Shown here: one piece after another, positions 46,124-55,203 of the stretch
How the letters are laid out: every line of letters begins with the position of its first letter
How positions within the stretch are numbered: the first letter of the stretch is position 1
IMG/VR virus record: IMGVR_UViG_3300045988_142974
Location: 1-64,000 of that record
DNA length: 64,000 nucleotides
Strand: one strand, 5' to 3'
Source: a virus
The notes under the pieces: model-generated
Database searches by the model: none
Told to the model about the DNA's origin: nothing
The model's input: only the letters and a program-made list of their open reading frames with translations
Made by a program: the position numbers and the translations under genes

Positions 46124-47404
46124 TTAAGCAACCGACTCTTCCTTAAAATATTTCCATATAAAATTATGACTCGTGGCAGTTCTTCCTTTACAATTATTAA
46201 TAATTGTGCCTCTATCATAACCTAATTCATTATGTATATCAGTTATTGAATTCCATATTCTTATAACATTCATATCTAAATCATATTGAATAATTTTTTT
46301 CTTAATATGAGACATTTGTTTTTCTCTTTTTAATAAACCTTCTTTTTCTCCGTTTTCATACAAATATGCTTTGTTTTTATACTTAAATATAAAATTATGT
46401 ATAGATCTTCTTTCACCAATACAACATAGATATATATCATATGTTCTAAGATTTGATATTAATGATTCATCATAAATACTTTTAGAGGAACGAATATAAT
46501 TACCATCTGAATCAAACACATCAACAGGTTCACAATATATATTTGCTTTACTTTTATATTTAGGCAATATTTCATTTAACTTATCAACATCTTTCTCGTA
46601 TAACCATATACTATTTTCGTAATAATCTTTTTGAAAATCACAACACTTGAAAATGGTATTGTTTCTATAATTTGATGCATTTAATTCATCAAATGTCCAT
46701 ATTTTCAGTAAATCTCCTTTAAAATTATATTGATGATATTTTGCATATTTGTGATAAACGTCAGAATTTAATGAATAAGAAGATGTTTCTAAATGTTTAT
46801 AGTCTTCTTCATAAAACCATAAACTATCATAAGCAAAATGACTTTCTGAATTTAGAGCAGTATATATTCCTGCAATAGAAAGATTTAAAGTTTTACCTGC
46901 CTTATTCTTGGAATCCCAATTTACAATTGAATTGTCTAACAAACTAATTTGAACAAGCGGTCTTTTTAAAGCATTGTGTGCCTGAGATAATTTTTCTCTT
47001 GCTTTAGGATTCTTCATTCTCTCTTTTTGGAGCTTGCTCATTTTTTCAATATTTTCTTCTGTATGAGTATATCCCAAACCACCAGTTCCACCTTCGTTCA
47101 TATTGTATCCGTTTTTAAATGAATCATAGTATCTTACCCAATAGCGTTCTCTTTGGTATGCTGTATCATCATTTTTGCATTTTTCTACAATTTCAAATAT
47201 AAAATTTTCTTCACCATATTTGTTCCATGCTCTTTGAAGATGTTTATTGTGATGAACACCTTTATTTAAATCTTTTCTATGTTCATCCCATCTAACATAA
47301 ATATTATCAGATTTTCCAATATATTTTTTATTATTCAATTTGTTGGTTATTGAATAAACTCCACATATTATCTCGTAATCTTTAGGTGTAAATCTTTTAC
47401 TCAT
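46124..47404 (-). CDS. free-standing GIY-YIG homing endonuclease (426 aa) with NUMOD3/IENR1-like repeats
   Basis: GVYSITNKLNNKKYIGKSDNIYVRWDEHR...NKYGEENF; LGYTHTEENIEKMSK repeats. Confidence 0.8.
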   Translation of the reverse strand: MSKRFTPKDYEIICGVYSITNKLNNKKYIGKSDNIYVRWDEHRKDLNKGVHHNKHLQRAWNKYGEENFIFEIVEKCKNDDTAYQRERYWVRYYDSFKNGYNMNEGGTGGLGYTHTEENIEKMSKLQKERMKNPKAREKLSQAHNALKRPLVQISLLDNSIVNWDSKNKAGKTLNLSIAGIYTALNSESHFAYDSLWFYEEDYKHLETSSYSLNSDVYHKYAKYHQYNFKGDLLKIWTFDELNASNYRNNTIFKCCDFQKDYYENSIWLYEKDVDKLNEILPKYKSKANIYCEPVDVFDSDGNYIRSSKSIYDESLISNLRTYDIYLCCIGERRSIHNFIFKYKNKAYLYENGEKEGLLKREKQMSHIKKKIIQYDLDMNVIRIWNSITDIHNELGYDRGTIINNCKGRTATSHNFIWKYFKEESVA

Positions 47405-47613
47405 AATTTATTTCTCGCTTTCCACTCGCAAAACCAATTAAAATAGAGTGAGAGAGTAGTGCGAGTATCTACTATACCTGTGATGATCAGTCAAAGGTTT
47501 CTCACTCCATAAATCCAACCACCTGCAATCGAAACAGTAACAATCCTCTCATAGTTGGCTATATATTTATTCTCTTTTTTTATAACAAAAATTTAAAAAT
47601 AAATTCTTTATAA

Positions 47614-47642
47614 TTGTATTTTGCTTATTTATGTATTAAAAT
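47614..47642 (+). promoter_or_regulatory. sigma-A-like promoter TTGTAT - 17 nt - TAAAAT overlapped by the dyad tttatgtatt/aatacataaa
   Basis: Hexamers and spacer counted; same hexamers as P2/P3 in the tape-measure cargo. Confidence 0.5.
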
Positions 47643-47677
47643 AAATACATAAATTACTAATTAGGAGGGAGAAAATT

Positions 47678-48709
47678 ATGGATAACTCAAGAATAAAATT
47701 ATTATTAAAAATTATTAAAAGTTTAGCGATAATAATTATTCCAGCTATATTAACAGGAATTATTACAAATTACTTTACAGAAGGAGAGATTATGGATTCA
47801 ATAACAACTCGCTTTGATTTTGTCGACAAAGAAATGTCATACAAACAAGCACTTGAAGCTATTTATCAAGAAAGAAAAGAAGACAAAGACGAAATAGAGT
47901 CTTTAAATGAAGAAATAAGCAAATATGAAGCTTTAATCAATCAACAAAATTCAACAGATGAGATAAATAAGATTATCCAAAATGCTACCCAATATTGGAA
48001 TGAAGCTAACTATCAGCAATGTTTAACACTTTTAAAAAATTCAAAATCACGTTCGACAGATATTGATAATTTATATACGAAATATTCAGCTCAGTATGTT
48101 TTAATTTTATTGTCAAATGCAGATTCGTTTATTTCTCAAAGAAAATATAATGAAGCTATTGAATTATTAAACGATGGCATAACTCTTGTTGATAATGATA
48201 AAATGTTAAGCGATAAAATAGATGAAATAAACAATAATCAGCCGATTAAATTATCAGATCTTAAAATATCCGCTTCAAGATTTTTTACTCAAAATCAGGA
48301 TAAACCATTGGAAGATACGGTTGGAAATAAGTATTCTACTACAAATTCATTTATTACATATGCAGAAGGAAAATCAAGTTATGGATATGCTACTTTTTAT
48401 TTGGGTAAAAAATATACTGCTTTAAATGGTATTATTGCTATTTCTGATGAAAGTGAAAATAGAAGTGATACTCAATTAAAGGGGTGGATTGAAATAGGAA
48501 CTAAAAGTAATGATACTGAATTTAATTCTTTATGGTCTTCATCAACACTTAGTCGAACAACAAGTCAAATAGAGATTCCTGAAATTAATATTAAGGATTC
48601 AGAGTGGCTTGAAATAAGATATTATAATAATGGAGAATATTTTAGTTTGGGAGGAGGTTATCACAGTCTTCGTGTAATTATATCAGACGTAACATTGTAT
48701 GTCGATTAA
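47678..48709 (+). CDS. membrane-anchored protein (N-terminal TM helix, helical repeats, beta-rich C-terminal domain)
   Basis: ORF track; AGGAGGGAG RBS; one of the few plus-strand genes. Confidence 0.55.
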   Translation: MDNSRIKLLLKIIKSLAIIIIPAILTGIITNYFTEGEIMDSITTRFDFVDKEMSYKQALEAIYQERKEDKDEIESLNEEISKYEALINQQNSTDEINKIIQNATQYWNEANYQQCLTLLKNSKSRSTDIDNLYTKYSAQYVLILLSNADSFISQRKYNEAIELLNDGITLVDNDKMLSDKIDEINNNQPIKLSDLKISASRFFTQNQDKPLEDTVGNKYSTTNSFITYAEGKSSYGYATFYLGKKYTALNGIIAISDESENRSDTQLKGWIEIGTKSNDTEFNSLWSSSTLSRTTSQIEIPEINIKDSEWLEIRYYNNGEYFSLGGGYHSLRVIISDVTLYVD

Positions 48710-48724
48710 TTATAATTAAATTAA

Positions 48725-48796
48725 GCATACCTTAAAGGAATTGAACCCCTTACATAACGTTTTGGAGACGTTTGTTCTACCATTAAACTAAAGGTG
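48725..48796 (-). tRNA. tRNA-Trp (anticodon CCA), one C-A mismatch in the acceptor stem
   Basis: Hand fold: TAGTTTAATGGTAGAAC D arm, AACGT-CUCCAAA-ACGTT anticodon arm, GGTTCAATTCC T arm. Confidence 0.6.
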
Positions 48797-48862
48797 CATA
48801 AATAGTAGGAGAGTAGTAGCAACCACTCTCCTTAAAAATGAGCATAAAAATAACAGCTATGA

Positions 48863-49654
48863 TTAAGCTGTTTTATCAATCTTCTTAATAAACCTATCTT
48901 TAAGCATTTGTTCAATTTGTTTGTATGTAAAATCCATACTAATCAAACCAGTAACAATAGTTTCTACTTCCTCAACTTTTTTCAATTCATCTTCTGTAAA
49001 ACTATCTCTTAAAGCATCGTTCGTTTTTACATTTCGATCTAATCTAAGTGATTTTGCGTCACATCCCAAAATTACTTTATAAATCATATTAGTATAATTC
49101 GGATAAGCAAATTTCTTATGCTTACTTTCAGGAATATATCTTGAAATAGCAGAAGTCATTCTCTTTCTTTCAATAATTCCAACTTCACGCTGAATAGCCC
49201 ATGATTTTCTATCAATCTCTGTTTTCTCTTCAATATTAAGAAGATAATTTCTAATCTTTGTTGCTAACAAATTACTTGTCATTAGCATACCGATTCTAAG
49301 TAAAGATCTTTTTGTTAAAATAGTAAGACTTGAAGCATATGATAGGCTAGGTTCATTTGAACCTACCCCTAGTTCTTCCTTAAATTTCTTTAATTCTTGC
49401 CCTTTTAAAACAACCATACCATCTTCTTCGAATTCATCACGATTTCTTTTAATTAAGGTTTTGATTGTATCCATACTGCACTCATAATAATTTGCTGCTT
49501 GTTGAACTGTAACAACCATATCATCTGTCAGATATGGAATAACCTTCATTTTGTCAAGAAAGTCATAAGATACATTATCCAATGTTTCATTTCTCAATGT
49601 TTTACTTTCCGTATAAATTAGTTCTTTGTCATTTTGATTTTTCATATTTTTCAT
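48863..49654 (-). CDS. antirepressor-like protein (ORF6N/ORF6C- or Bro-like)
   Basis: General resemblance to phage antirepressors; start moved to the ATG 9 nt after GGAGG. Confidence 0.4.
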   Translation of the reverse strand: MKNMKNQNDKELIYTESKTLRNETLDNVSYDFLDKMKVIPYLTDDMVVTVQQAANYYECSMDTIKTLIKRNRDEFEEDGMVVLKGQELKKFKEELGVGSNEPSLSYASSLTILTKRSLLRIGMLMTSNLLATKIRNYLLNIEEKTEIDRKSWAIQREVGIIERKRMTSAISRYIPESKHKKFAYPNYTNMIYKVILGCDAKSLRLDRNVKTNDALRDSFTEDELKKVEEVETIVTGLISMDFTYKQIEQMLKDRFIKKIDKTA

Positions 49655-49772
49655 GAAAGAATCCTCCTTTATTTTTTTTGATATAATAAAAAGAAGCCAC
49701 TTCATACGAAATGACTTCTCAAAAAAATTTCAATATTAAATTTCCAATGAAAGTGCAATTTACTTCACTTAG

Positions 49773-49840
49773 CACACCCACTGCGCATCGAACACAGGTT
49801 AGAAGTTTTGGAGACTTCATTCTTGCCAAAAGATAGGTGC
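49773..49840 (-). tRNA. tRNA-Trp-like sequence (anticodon CCA) with irregular D arm; possibly degenerate
   Basis: GAAGT-CUCCAAA-ACTTC anticodon arm, CTGTG-TTCGATG-CGCAG T arm, acceptor GCACCTA/TGGGTGT with G-U pairs; the D arm does not fold canonically. Confidence 0.35.
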
Positions 49841-49920
49841 ATATAACAAAAGAGTCGTCTCAAACGAAACAACTCTTTTAATAACAAATATAAAATTAAA
49901 AGTATAAAAAGAAAAATTAA

Positions 49921-50109
49921 TTATCTTTGAAGTTTAACAAGAGCTTCATAAGTTGCCTTATCAACCTCTTGTTCCATACCATCACAGTATACGAGATATT
50001 CTGTAACCTCACCAGTTACAATATCTCTTCTTGTATCAAATGATAATTCATCCGCACTATTAAACGGAATATTTGCTTCATAGACATTTTTAAATGATAA
50101 TAATGCCAT
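49921..50109 (-). CDS. hypothetical small protein
   Basis: ORF track. Confidence 0.35.
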   Translation of the reverse strand: MALLSFKNVYEANIPFNSADELSFDTRRDIVTGEVTEYLVYCDGMEQEVDKATYEALVKLQR

Positions 50110-50291
50110 AATATATTCACCCCGCTTTATTATTTGATGAAAATATTATATACCAATATTAACTAAAAGTAAACAAAATATTTTATTGTCTTTCTCATTA
50201 TCTCCTCAAACTCCGAGCTTTCATCTAAGCTGCATAGAACGCATCCTATTATTACAACAGTGCCAGTCCGAAGACCGCAATGGACATAAAA

Positions 50292-50364
50292 TGACCTGTA
50301 TGGAATTTGAACCCCTGTTTACCGCCGTGAAATGGCGGTGTCCTTGCCTTTAGACCACAGAGCC
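50292..50364 (-). tRNA. tRNA-Glu-like (anticodon UUC) with mismatched acceptor and T stems
   Basis: Close to remembered Bacillus tRNA-Glu (GGTCTAAAGGC..GGACACCGCC-AUUUCAC-GGCGG), but acceptor GGCTCTG / ACAGGTC pairs only if one base bulges. Confidence 0.45.
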
Positions 50365-50397
50365 ATATTTAGGGTGGAAGAGTACCACCCATTATTT

Positions 50398-50871
50398 TCA
50401 CAGAGTATATTCTGTAGTTCCTTCAAAAGTATTATTCAATGCACGAATTTCAGCTAACTTCTCAGTAACAGCTTCCTTAACTTTCGTAGCAAATAATACA
50501 CACTGAGCCTGTGCATACAGTTCCTTCTTATCAAGAACAGTATTTAATACTGTATCAGGATATTTTGTTACATCTCTTTCAAAATGAAATGCCAAATCTT
50601 CATTGATAAGTTTTCTCTCATTTGTTACATCCGTAATCTCCAATTCAACAATAGTAGAATCGTCTTTTGGATCTGTTGTTACTTCTGGAACACCATTATT
50701 AAGCTTGATATTTCCCTTGAACTGAATTTTACTATACTCGATATATTTATTATAGTTTGCTAATAATTCCTTTTCCTGCTCGCTAGTTAAATCCGCAGTT
50801 CCCAAACTTGTAACTGCAATATCTACACTTGCAATATCATTTTCTACTTTAAACACCTGATCTAATTTCAT
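50398..50871 (-). CDS. hypothetical protein
   Basis: ORF track. Confidence 0.4.
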   Translation of the reverse strand: MKLDQVFKVENDIASVDIAVTSLGTADLTSEQEKELLANYNKYIEYSKIQFKGNIKLNNGVPEVTTDPKDDSTIVELEITDVTNERKLINEDLAFHFERDVTKYPDTVLNTVLDKKELYAQAQCVLFATKVKEAVTEKLAEIRALNNTFEGTTEYTL

Positions 50872-51161
50872 GAATTTGTACCCTCACTTTCGTTTGCAAT
50901 TATTTGGTTGTATGCATCTTTAAAACTGATTACTAAGTCCCTTAAAGTCTCTTTATCAATAGTACAGTCCAAATTACTCATATCAATATTCGGATTTGAT
51001 ACCGTAAATTCCAATGTATTTCCATTTGGCGCAAATAAAACTTCCACAGATTCATTAAGCAGAAGAGTAATAGAATCAATTTTATTTCCATTATTCGATG
51101 TTACTCGTTTTACTTGCCCGACTTTTAATCTATCATTTTCAATAGATAATCTACTTGCCAT
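50868..51161 (-). CDS. hypothetical protein
   Basis: ORF track; start moved to the ATG after AAGGAG. Confidence 0.4.
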   Translation of the reverse strand: MASRLSIENDRLKVGQVKRVTSNNGNKIDSITLLLNESVEVLFAPNGNTLEFTVSNPNIDMSNLDCTIDKETLRDLVISFKDAYNQIIANESEGTNS

Positions 51162-51208
51162 TATATGTACACTCCTTTCTTTTATTTTCGTTTTCCTTTT
51201 AATCATTA

Positions 51209-51282
51209 GGTGTTAGGTGGGATTTGAACCCACGATATTCAGAACCACAATCTGACGCTTTAACCTACTAAGCTACTAACAC
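51209..51282 (-). tRNA. tRNA-His (anticodon GUG)
   Basis: Perfect acceptor GTGTTAG/CTAACAC, TCAGA-UUGUGGU-TCTGA anticodon arm, GTGGG-TTCAAAT-CCCAC T arm. Confidence 0.85.
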
Positions 51283-51284
51283 AG

Positions 51285-51355
51285 CGACTCTATTGGGAAT
51301 CGAACCAAATCTTCCGATAGACAGTCGGATGTAATTACCTTTATACCATAGAGCC
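51285..51355 (-). tRNA. tRNA-Asp (anticodon GUC)
   Basis: Acceptor GGCTCTA/TAGAGTC, TCCGA-CUGUCUA-TCGGA anticodon arm, TTCGATT T loop. Confidence 0.75.
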
Positions 51356-51359
51356 ATAG

Positions 51360-51431
51360 CTGACTCGGTGGGGCTTGAACCCACAACGCCTCGATTAACA
51401 ATCGAGTGCTCTACCATTGAGCTACGAGTCA
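51360..51431 (-). tRNA. tRNA-Asn (anticodon GUU)
   Basis: Acceptor TGACTCG/CGAGTCA, GCTCAATGGTAGAGC D arm, CTCGA-UUGUUAA-TCGAG anticodon arm, GTGGG-TTCAAGC-CCCAC T arm. Confidence 0.85.
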
Positions 51432-52110
51432 ATATTAAAGCATAGTAGGAGAAGTGATGAAGTTCTCTCCATATTAGTCATCAGCTAAAAATGTTTAAAA
51501 CTACTATGCTACAATAAAATCAGCATAAAGCACTAACTAGCTGATATTGGACTGTACACATCCAGTTTTTTAGAATATGGTCGCTTATCCGCAACCTAAT
51601 TCATGCTTGCCTAATTATTCTCATTCCTAACTCGTGTATCTTACACGTCAAATGCATAATATGTGTATGAGCAACCGTTTATTTTAAGGGTTCTCATTAA
51701 CGTAGAGAAGCACGAACATCTTCTCGTTTCTGAAGGCTGAGAGAAACCGATGATCCGAGATGTCGGTAGGAAAGAAGTAGGTCTTACAATGCTACATGAA
51801 TAGTAAATGCCAAGATATGTTAATCGTCTACTAAGGCAAGACCTCTCCATAACACCGCCAATGAGCAGTAGCAGTGGGAAGTTTTAGACCATTCCAAAGG
51901 TCAATAATTTCGCAAACCGACCTTTATATTTATGTCACATATCGGTCAGTGACAGCTCACTTGTAAAAATCTATCAACGGATTGACAGACCGCCCTCACT
52001 TCTTTTGGATGTGAGCAGCTTGTTATGTCTATTTATTCTCTACATTGTCGTCACCTCTCGGCTCAAATATCACATTACTATGCTTTCTTGTTAAGATTGA
52101 GTTGTTGATG
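51432..52110 (-). ncRNA. ORF-poor, less AT-rich ~0.68 kb region between the tRNA cluster and the recombinase gene: candidate structured RNA and/or attachment region (strand assumed)
   Basis: Only short overlapping ORFs with odd composition; several long-range complementary segments (aggtctta/caagacct, ccgacc/tcggtc, ctcac/gtgag). Confidence 0.3.
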
Positions 52111-53145
52111 TTAGACGAAAGCTTCATCGGCATCTTCTGTGTCCTCACGGATGACATACATCTGAGTTGTTTCGGAAGATTCGTGTCCCAAAAGTTTCTG
52201 TGCAGTTTCCAATGCACGATGGTCATAACATACCAGATTGGTTGCACGACTTCTCCGGAAATTATGTGGAGTCGTTCTCCTGCCAACAATTTCAGAAAAT
52301 TCATTTATGCACCAATCATTGAATGCACTATATCCAATCTGTCGTACCTTTGAACCATCTTTAGTTTTTACGACAAACATATAAGGGCAATCATCATCGC
52401 CACGCACTTCAAGCCATTTCTTTAATGCGTCCATTACATCTTGTCCAAACTGCAATTTTCTAACCTTACCAACGGCACTACGTCCCTTGCAACGAATCTC
52501 ATGTGTTTTGTAAGAAACAGATTCTACTTCTTGTTCTTTACCATCTTCATCGACAATTGTTACAATTTTCCTCTTAGGCTCATAATTAACAACCTCTTTG
52601 AGCAACTGTAAACTCTCTGCATGTCTGCATCCTGTAGAATATGTAAACTTTACATATGCTAATTTTTGCCATTCTTCACGTTCAGCCAATACAGAACATA
52701 AGTTATCCATTTCATCAGGCGTTAATGGTTCTTTTGCAAAAACCTTACCTGTTTTTGGCACTTGCATCTCAGCAGTTACATAATTACGGAACGTAGGATA
52801 GTCCTCATCGTAGAAATTCTCGATGAATTTATTCAATGCACTGACAGAAGACTTTTTAAATTTAATTGCAGCTTCAGATAGCCCACGATTAGCAAGAAAA
52901 TTCATATAGCGAAGAAATTCTTTCTTTCTAATTTCTATGCAGTTTTTGTTATTTAGGTTATTTTTAACCCATACGAAAAATATCTTTAATGCAGACCTAT
53001 AAGCATGTAAACTATGCGGTGAAAGATGAGTCTGATTACTGAGGTAATCTTCAACCATATTTCTATTAAACTCATTAACCTCTGCCCATTCCTCATCTGT
53101 AACTGGATCTAATTTATCTGCTATTTTACCATTCAATAATCTCAC
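52111..53145 (-). CDS. tyrosine recombinase / integrase (XerC/D-like)
   Basis: N-terminal SAM-like domain; C-terminal TGCRHAESL, HNFRRSRATNLV, LLGHESSETTQMY (R...H..R...Y pattern). Confidence 0.8.
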   Translation of the reverse strand: MRLLNGKIADKLDPVTDEEWAEVNEFNRNMVEDYLSNQTHLSPHSLHAYRSALKIFFVWVKNNLNNKNCIEIRKKEFLRYMNFLANRGLSEAAIKFKKSSVSALNKFIENFYDEDYPTFRNYVTAEMQVPKTGKVFAKEPLTPDEMDNLCSVLAEREEWQKLAYVKFTYSTGCRHAESLQLLKEVVNYEPKRKIVTIVDEDGKEQEVESVSYKTHEIRCKGRSAVGKVRKLQFGQDVMDALKKWLEVRGDDDCPYMFVVKTKDGSKVRQIGYSAFNDWCINEFSEIVGRRTTPHNFRRSRATNLVCYDHRALETAQKLLGHESSETTQMYVIREDTEDADEAFV

Positions 53146-53157
53146 TTCCTTTCATAT

Positions 53158-53197
53158 ATAAAAAAGAAGTAGGATAGTGGTAAACTAAGCTACTTCT
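53158..53197 (-). terminator. Terminator after the HNH gene
   Basis: agaagtag / ctacttct stem followed on the minus strand by TTTTTT. Confidence 0.55.
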
Positions 53198-53198
53198 T

Positions 53199-54080
53199 TC
53201 AAATATTTATCCATTCTTCTTCTGTATATTTTTGTATTTCTGATACTTTTCTTGGTAAATTATATTTATCACACCATTTTCGTATTGTATTGTCACTAAC
53301 ATTATACATATCGCCAATTTGAGTAAACGAGGTAGATCTTATCAATTCTTTTAAATTATCTCGTGAAATTATATTATATAATTTTTCTATTCTCTTTTTG
53401 TTATAACAAGATTCACACATTGTAGATGTTGAATTCATTAAATTTGTTTTACAACATGGACAAATAATTTTAACTCTATTAATATATTTTGTTTTTGCAT
53501 TTTCCCTCTTATGCTTGTGTGAGCAAGAAACACATAGTCCACTTTTGCTATGACTGCTAATTTTTATACCACATTCGCTACATACTAATGTTGGCTCTTT
53601 TGCTCTTTTGGAATTATATACACCAAAATTATCTGTCATACTATGACAATTGGGACATAATATTTGCAAGTTTGATAATTCGTTATTATCATGATTGCCA
53701 TCAATATGATGCAATTGTAATTTAACAGGTTTTCCTAGCCATTCGGATATACCACATAATTCGCATTTACTTTCTTTGTAACCGAATTCAATCAATTTAT
53801 TTCTTAATTTATGACTATTTGTTTTTGTATTTCTATGTAATTTCGATTCAATATTATATTCTGAACATAAAGACATTTTTGCCATTTGTTGTTTATATAA
53901 TTTTCTGTTTTCTTCAAATTTAGAAGTATCTAATTTATATTCTTTTATGATTCTTTTTAACGTATTTGTACTACTTGATGAATTTATACCTGCGACTCTA
54001 AGAATTTCTGTATATGTATTTCTTGAATCTAGCAAGCTTTGTAATTGTTCAGGTGAAAAATTATATAATTTACTCGCCAT
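53199..54080 (-). CDS. HNH homing-type endonuclease with extra Cys4 clusters and a C-terminal HTH-like region
   Basis: CELCG...LQLHHIDGNHDNNELSNLQILCPNCHS. Confidence 0.8.
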   Translation of the reverse strand: MASKLYNFSPEQLQSLLDSRNTYTEILRVAGINSSSSTNTLKRIIKEYKLDTSKFEENRKLYKQQMAKMSLCSEYNIESKLHRNTKTNSHKLRNKLIEFGYKESKCELCGISEWLGKPVKLQLHHIDGNHDNNELSNLQILCPNCHSMTDNFGVYNSKRAKEPTLVCSECGIKISSHSKSGLCVSCSHKHKRENAKTKYINRVKIICPCCKTNLMNSTSTMCESCYNKKRIEKLYNIISRDNLKELIRSTSFTQIGDMYNVSDNTIRKWCDKYNLPRKVSEIQKYTEEEWINI

Positions 54081-54250
54081 TATATTCCTCCAATCTATTA
54101 ATTTATTGAAGGTAGAGATAAACTTTATGTTTATAATTCTCTTTATTAATCAAACAGATTAACCTAGTCCTCCCACTTGGTAATGCTCCAAGCCGATCCG
54201 AAGATGACAGTTTTACAGACTGCCCCACATCTTTAGTGGTCTATGAGAGG

Positions 54251-54286
54251 ATAATAAAAGAGTGTGCAGCACACACCACACACTCT
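54251..54286 (-). terminator. Rho-independent terminator
   Basis: agagtgtg / cacactct stem followed on the minus strand by TTTATTAT. Confidence 0.55.
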
Positions 54287-54297
54287 AAATAATTCAT

Positions 54298-54903
54298 TCA
54301 CCGATTAAGTAACATGGAATACTCATTCATTTCATTGCAAATTCCCCAATATTCAATTGATTTTTTAAATTTTTCTAAATATTTTTTCTGAATATCTTCG
54401 ATATACTTTTCATAAGTTTCCTTGTCTACATATCTACCATTAATCTTATAGGTAGAAGTAGTATCTACATTATAACAATCACAATTCTCACAATCGCCAT
54501 CACAGTTATCATACTCATAACCAATTTCTACTTCATATACCTCATCAGCTTCAATCTTCGGAATAATCTTAGAATTACAATCATCAAAAATATATACGAC
54601 ATCGGCTTCAACAAAGATATACTTGTCATCTCTCTTTACAGGTTCGCACCAAATTTCGTCATCTAATAAGCTGATAACGAAAGCGTCATCATAACCATCC
54701 CATTCAGGATCTGCTAATTCATTGATAAATGCAATACCATATCCGATTCCAACAAGTTCACGAATAATCTCTTTTGCATCTTCATATTTAGCAACAACAT
54801 CTACTGAATTATATTCATCATCAGATTTTACTCTGTCGTATACGTCTGAAACAGCACAAGCAAAATCTTCATAGTCTTCAAAATGTAATGTTTTTATAAT
54901 AAT
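54298..54903 (-). CDS. 201-codon open frame with no ATG/GTG/TTG start; likely ATT (or ATA) initiation; acidic Cys-rich protein
   Basis: Hand translation IIIKTLHFEDYEDFACAVSDVYDRV...CDGDCENCDCYN...LLNR. GAAAGG lies 6 nt upstream of ATT at 54903-54901. Missing from the ORF track because it has no canonical start. Confidence 0.55.
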   Translation of the reverse strand: MIIKTLHFEDYEDFACAVSDVYDRVKSDDEYNSVDVVAKYEDAKEIIRELVGIGYGIAFINELADPEWDGYDDAFVISLLDDEIWCEPVKRDDKYIFVEADVVYIFDDCNSKIIPKIEADEVYEVEIGYEYDNCDGDCENCDCYNVDTTSTYKINGRYVDKETYEKYIEDIQKKYLEKFKKSIEYWGICNEMNEYSMLLNR

Positions 54904-54918
54904 TCACGACCTTTCAGA

Positions 54919-55203
54919 TTAGAGCTGCTTTGCCGACTTGCTCATTTTAAATGTGATTTCCTGATGAGCAGGAGTTACGTATGTTTCACCAGCTCTTTCA
55001 CCTAACATAATCTTACCTGTTCTTTCAGGAACTGTCTTAACCTTAAACTTACCAAGTTTACCAACAGGAACTGACTCTGTAGTATCAGCCTTTAATGTAT
55101 CTGTAATAACATCTGCAAATGTATCAAGGACAACAGCGATGTCACCTTTCTTAGCTCCTTCAATTCTTTCTGCAATCGCATTAATTAATTCTGTCTTAAC
55201 CAT
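54919..55203 (-). CDS. HU/IHF-family DNA-binding protein
   Basis: MVKTELINAIAE...GKFKVKTVPERTGKIMLGE...PAHQEITFKMSK is the typical HU fold signature. Confidence 0.85.
   Translation of the reverse strand: MVKTELINAIAERIEGAKKGDIAVVLDTFADVITDTLKADTTESVPVGKLGKFKVKTVPERTGKIMLGERAGETYVTPAHQEITFKMSKSAKQL

Noticed and set aside
47405-47570. Intron-like structure upstream of the free-standing GIY-YIG gene 46124..47404
   Set aside because: There is a long-range stem (gagtgaga / tctcactc around 47446-47508), but no Q/R/S elements and no split host gene on either side. I treat it as a leader or regulatory hairpin only.
51641-52304. ORFs 51641..51850 and 52029..52304 (and 52045..52353 +) as genes
   Set aside because: They have an odd Cys/Arg/Ser-rich composition and no RBS. 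They overlap the recombinase gene end or the ORF-poor region, so they are more likely chance frames in less AT-rich sequence.
54904-54921. Read-through fusion of HU with the downstream 201-codon frame (same reading frame)
   Set aside because: It would need read-through of two stops (TAA and TGA) five codons apart. A properly spaced GAAAGG before ATT makes independent initiation simpler.
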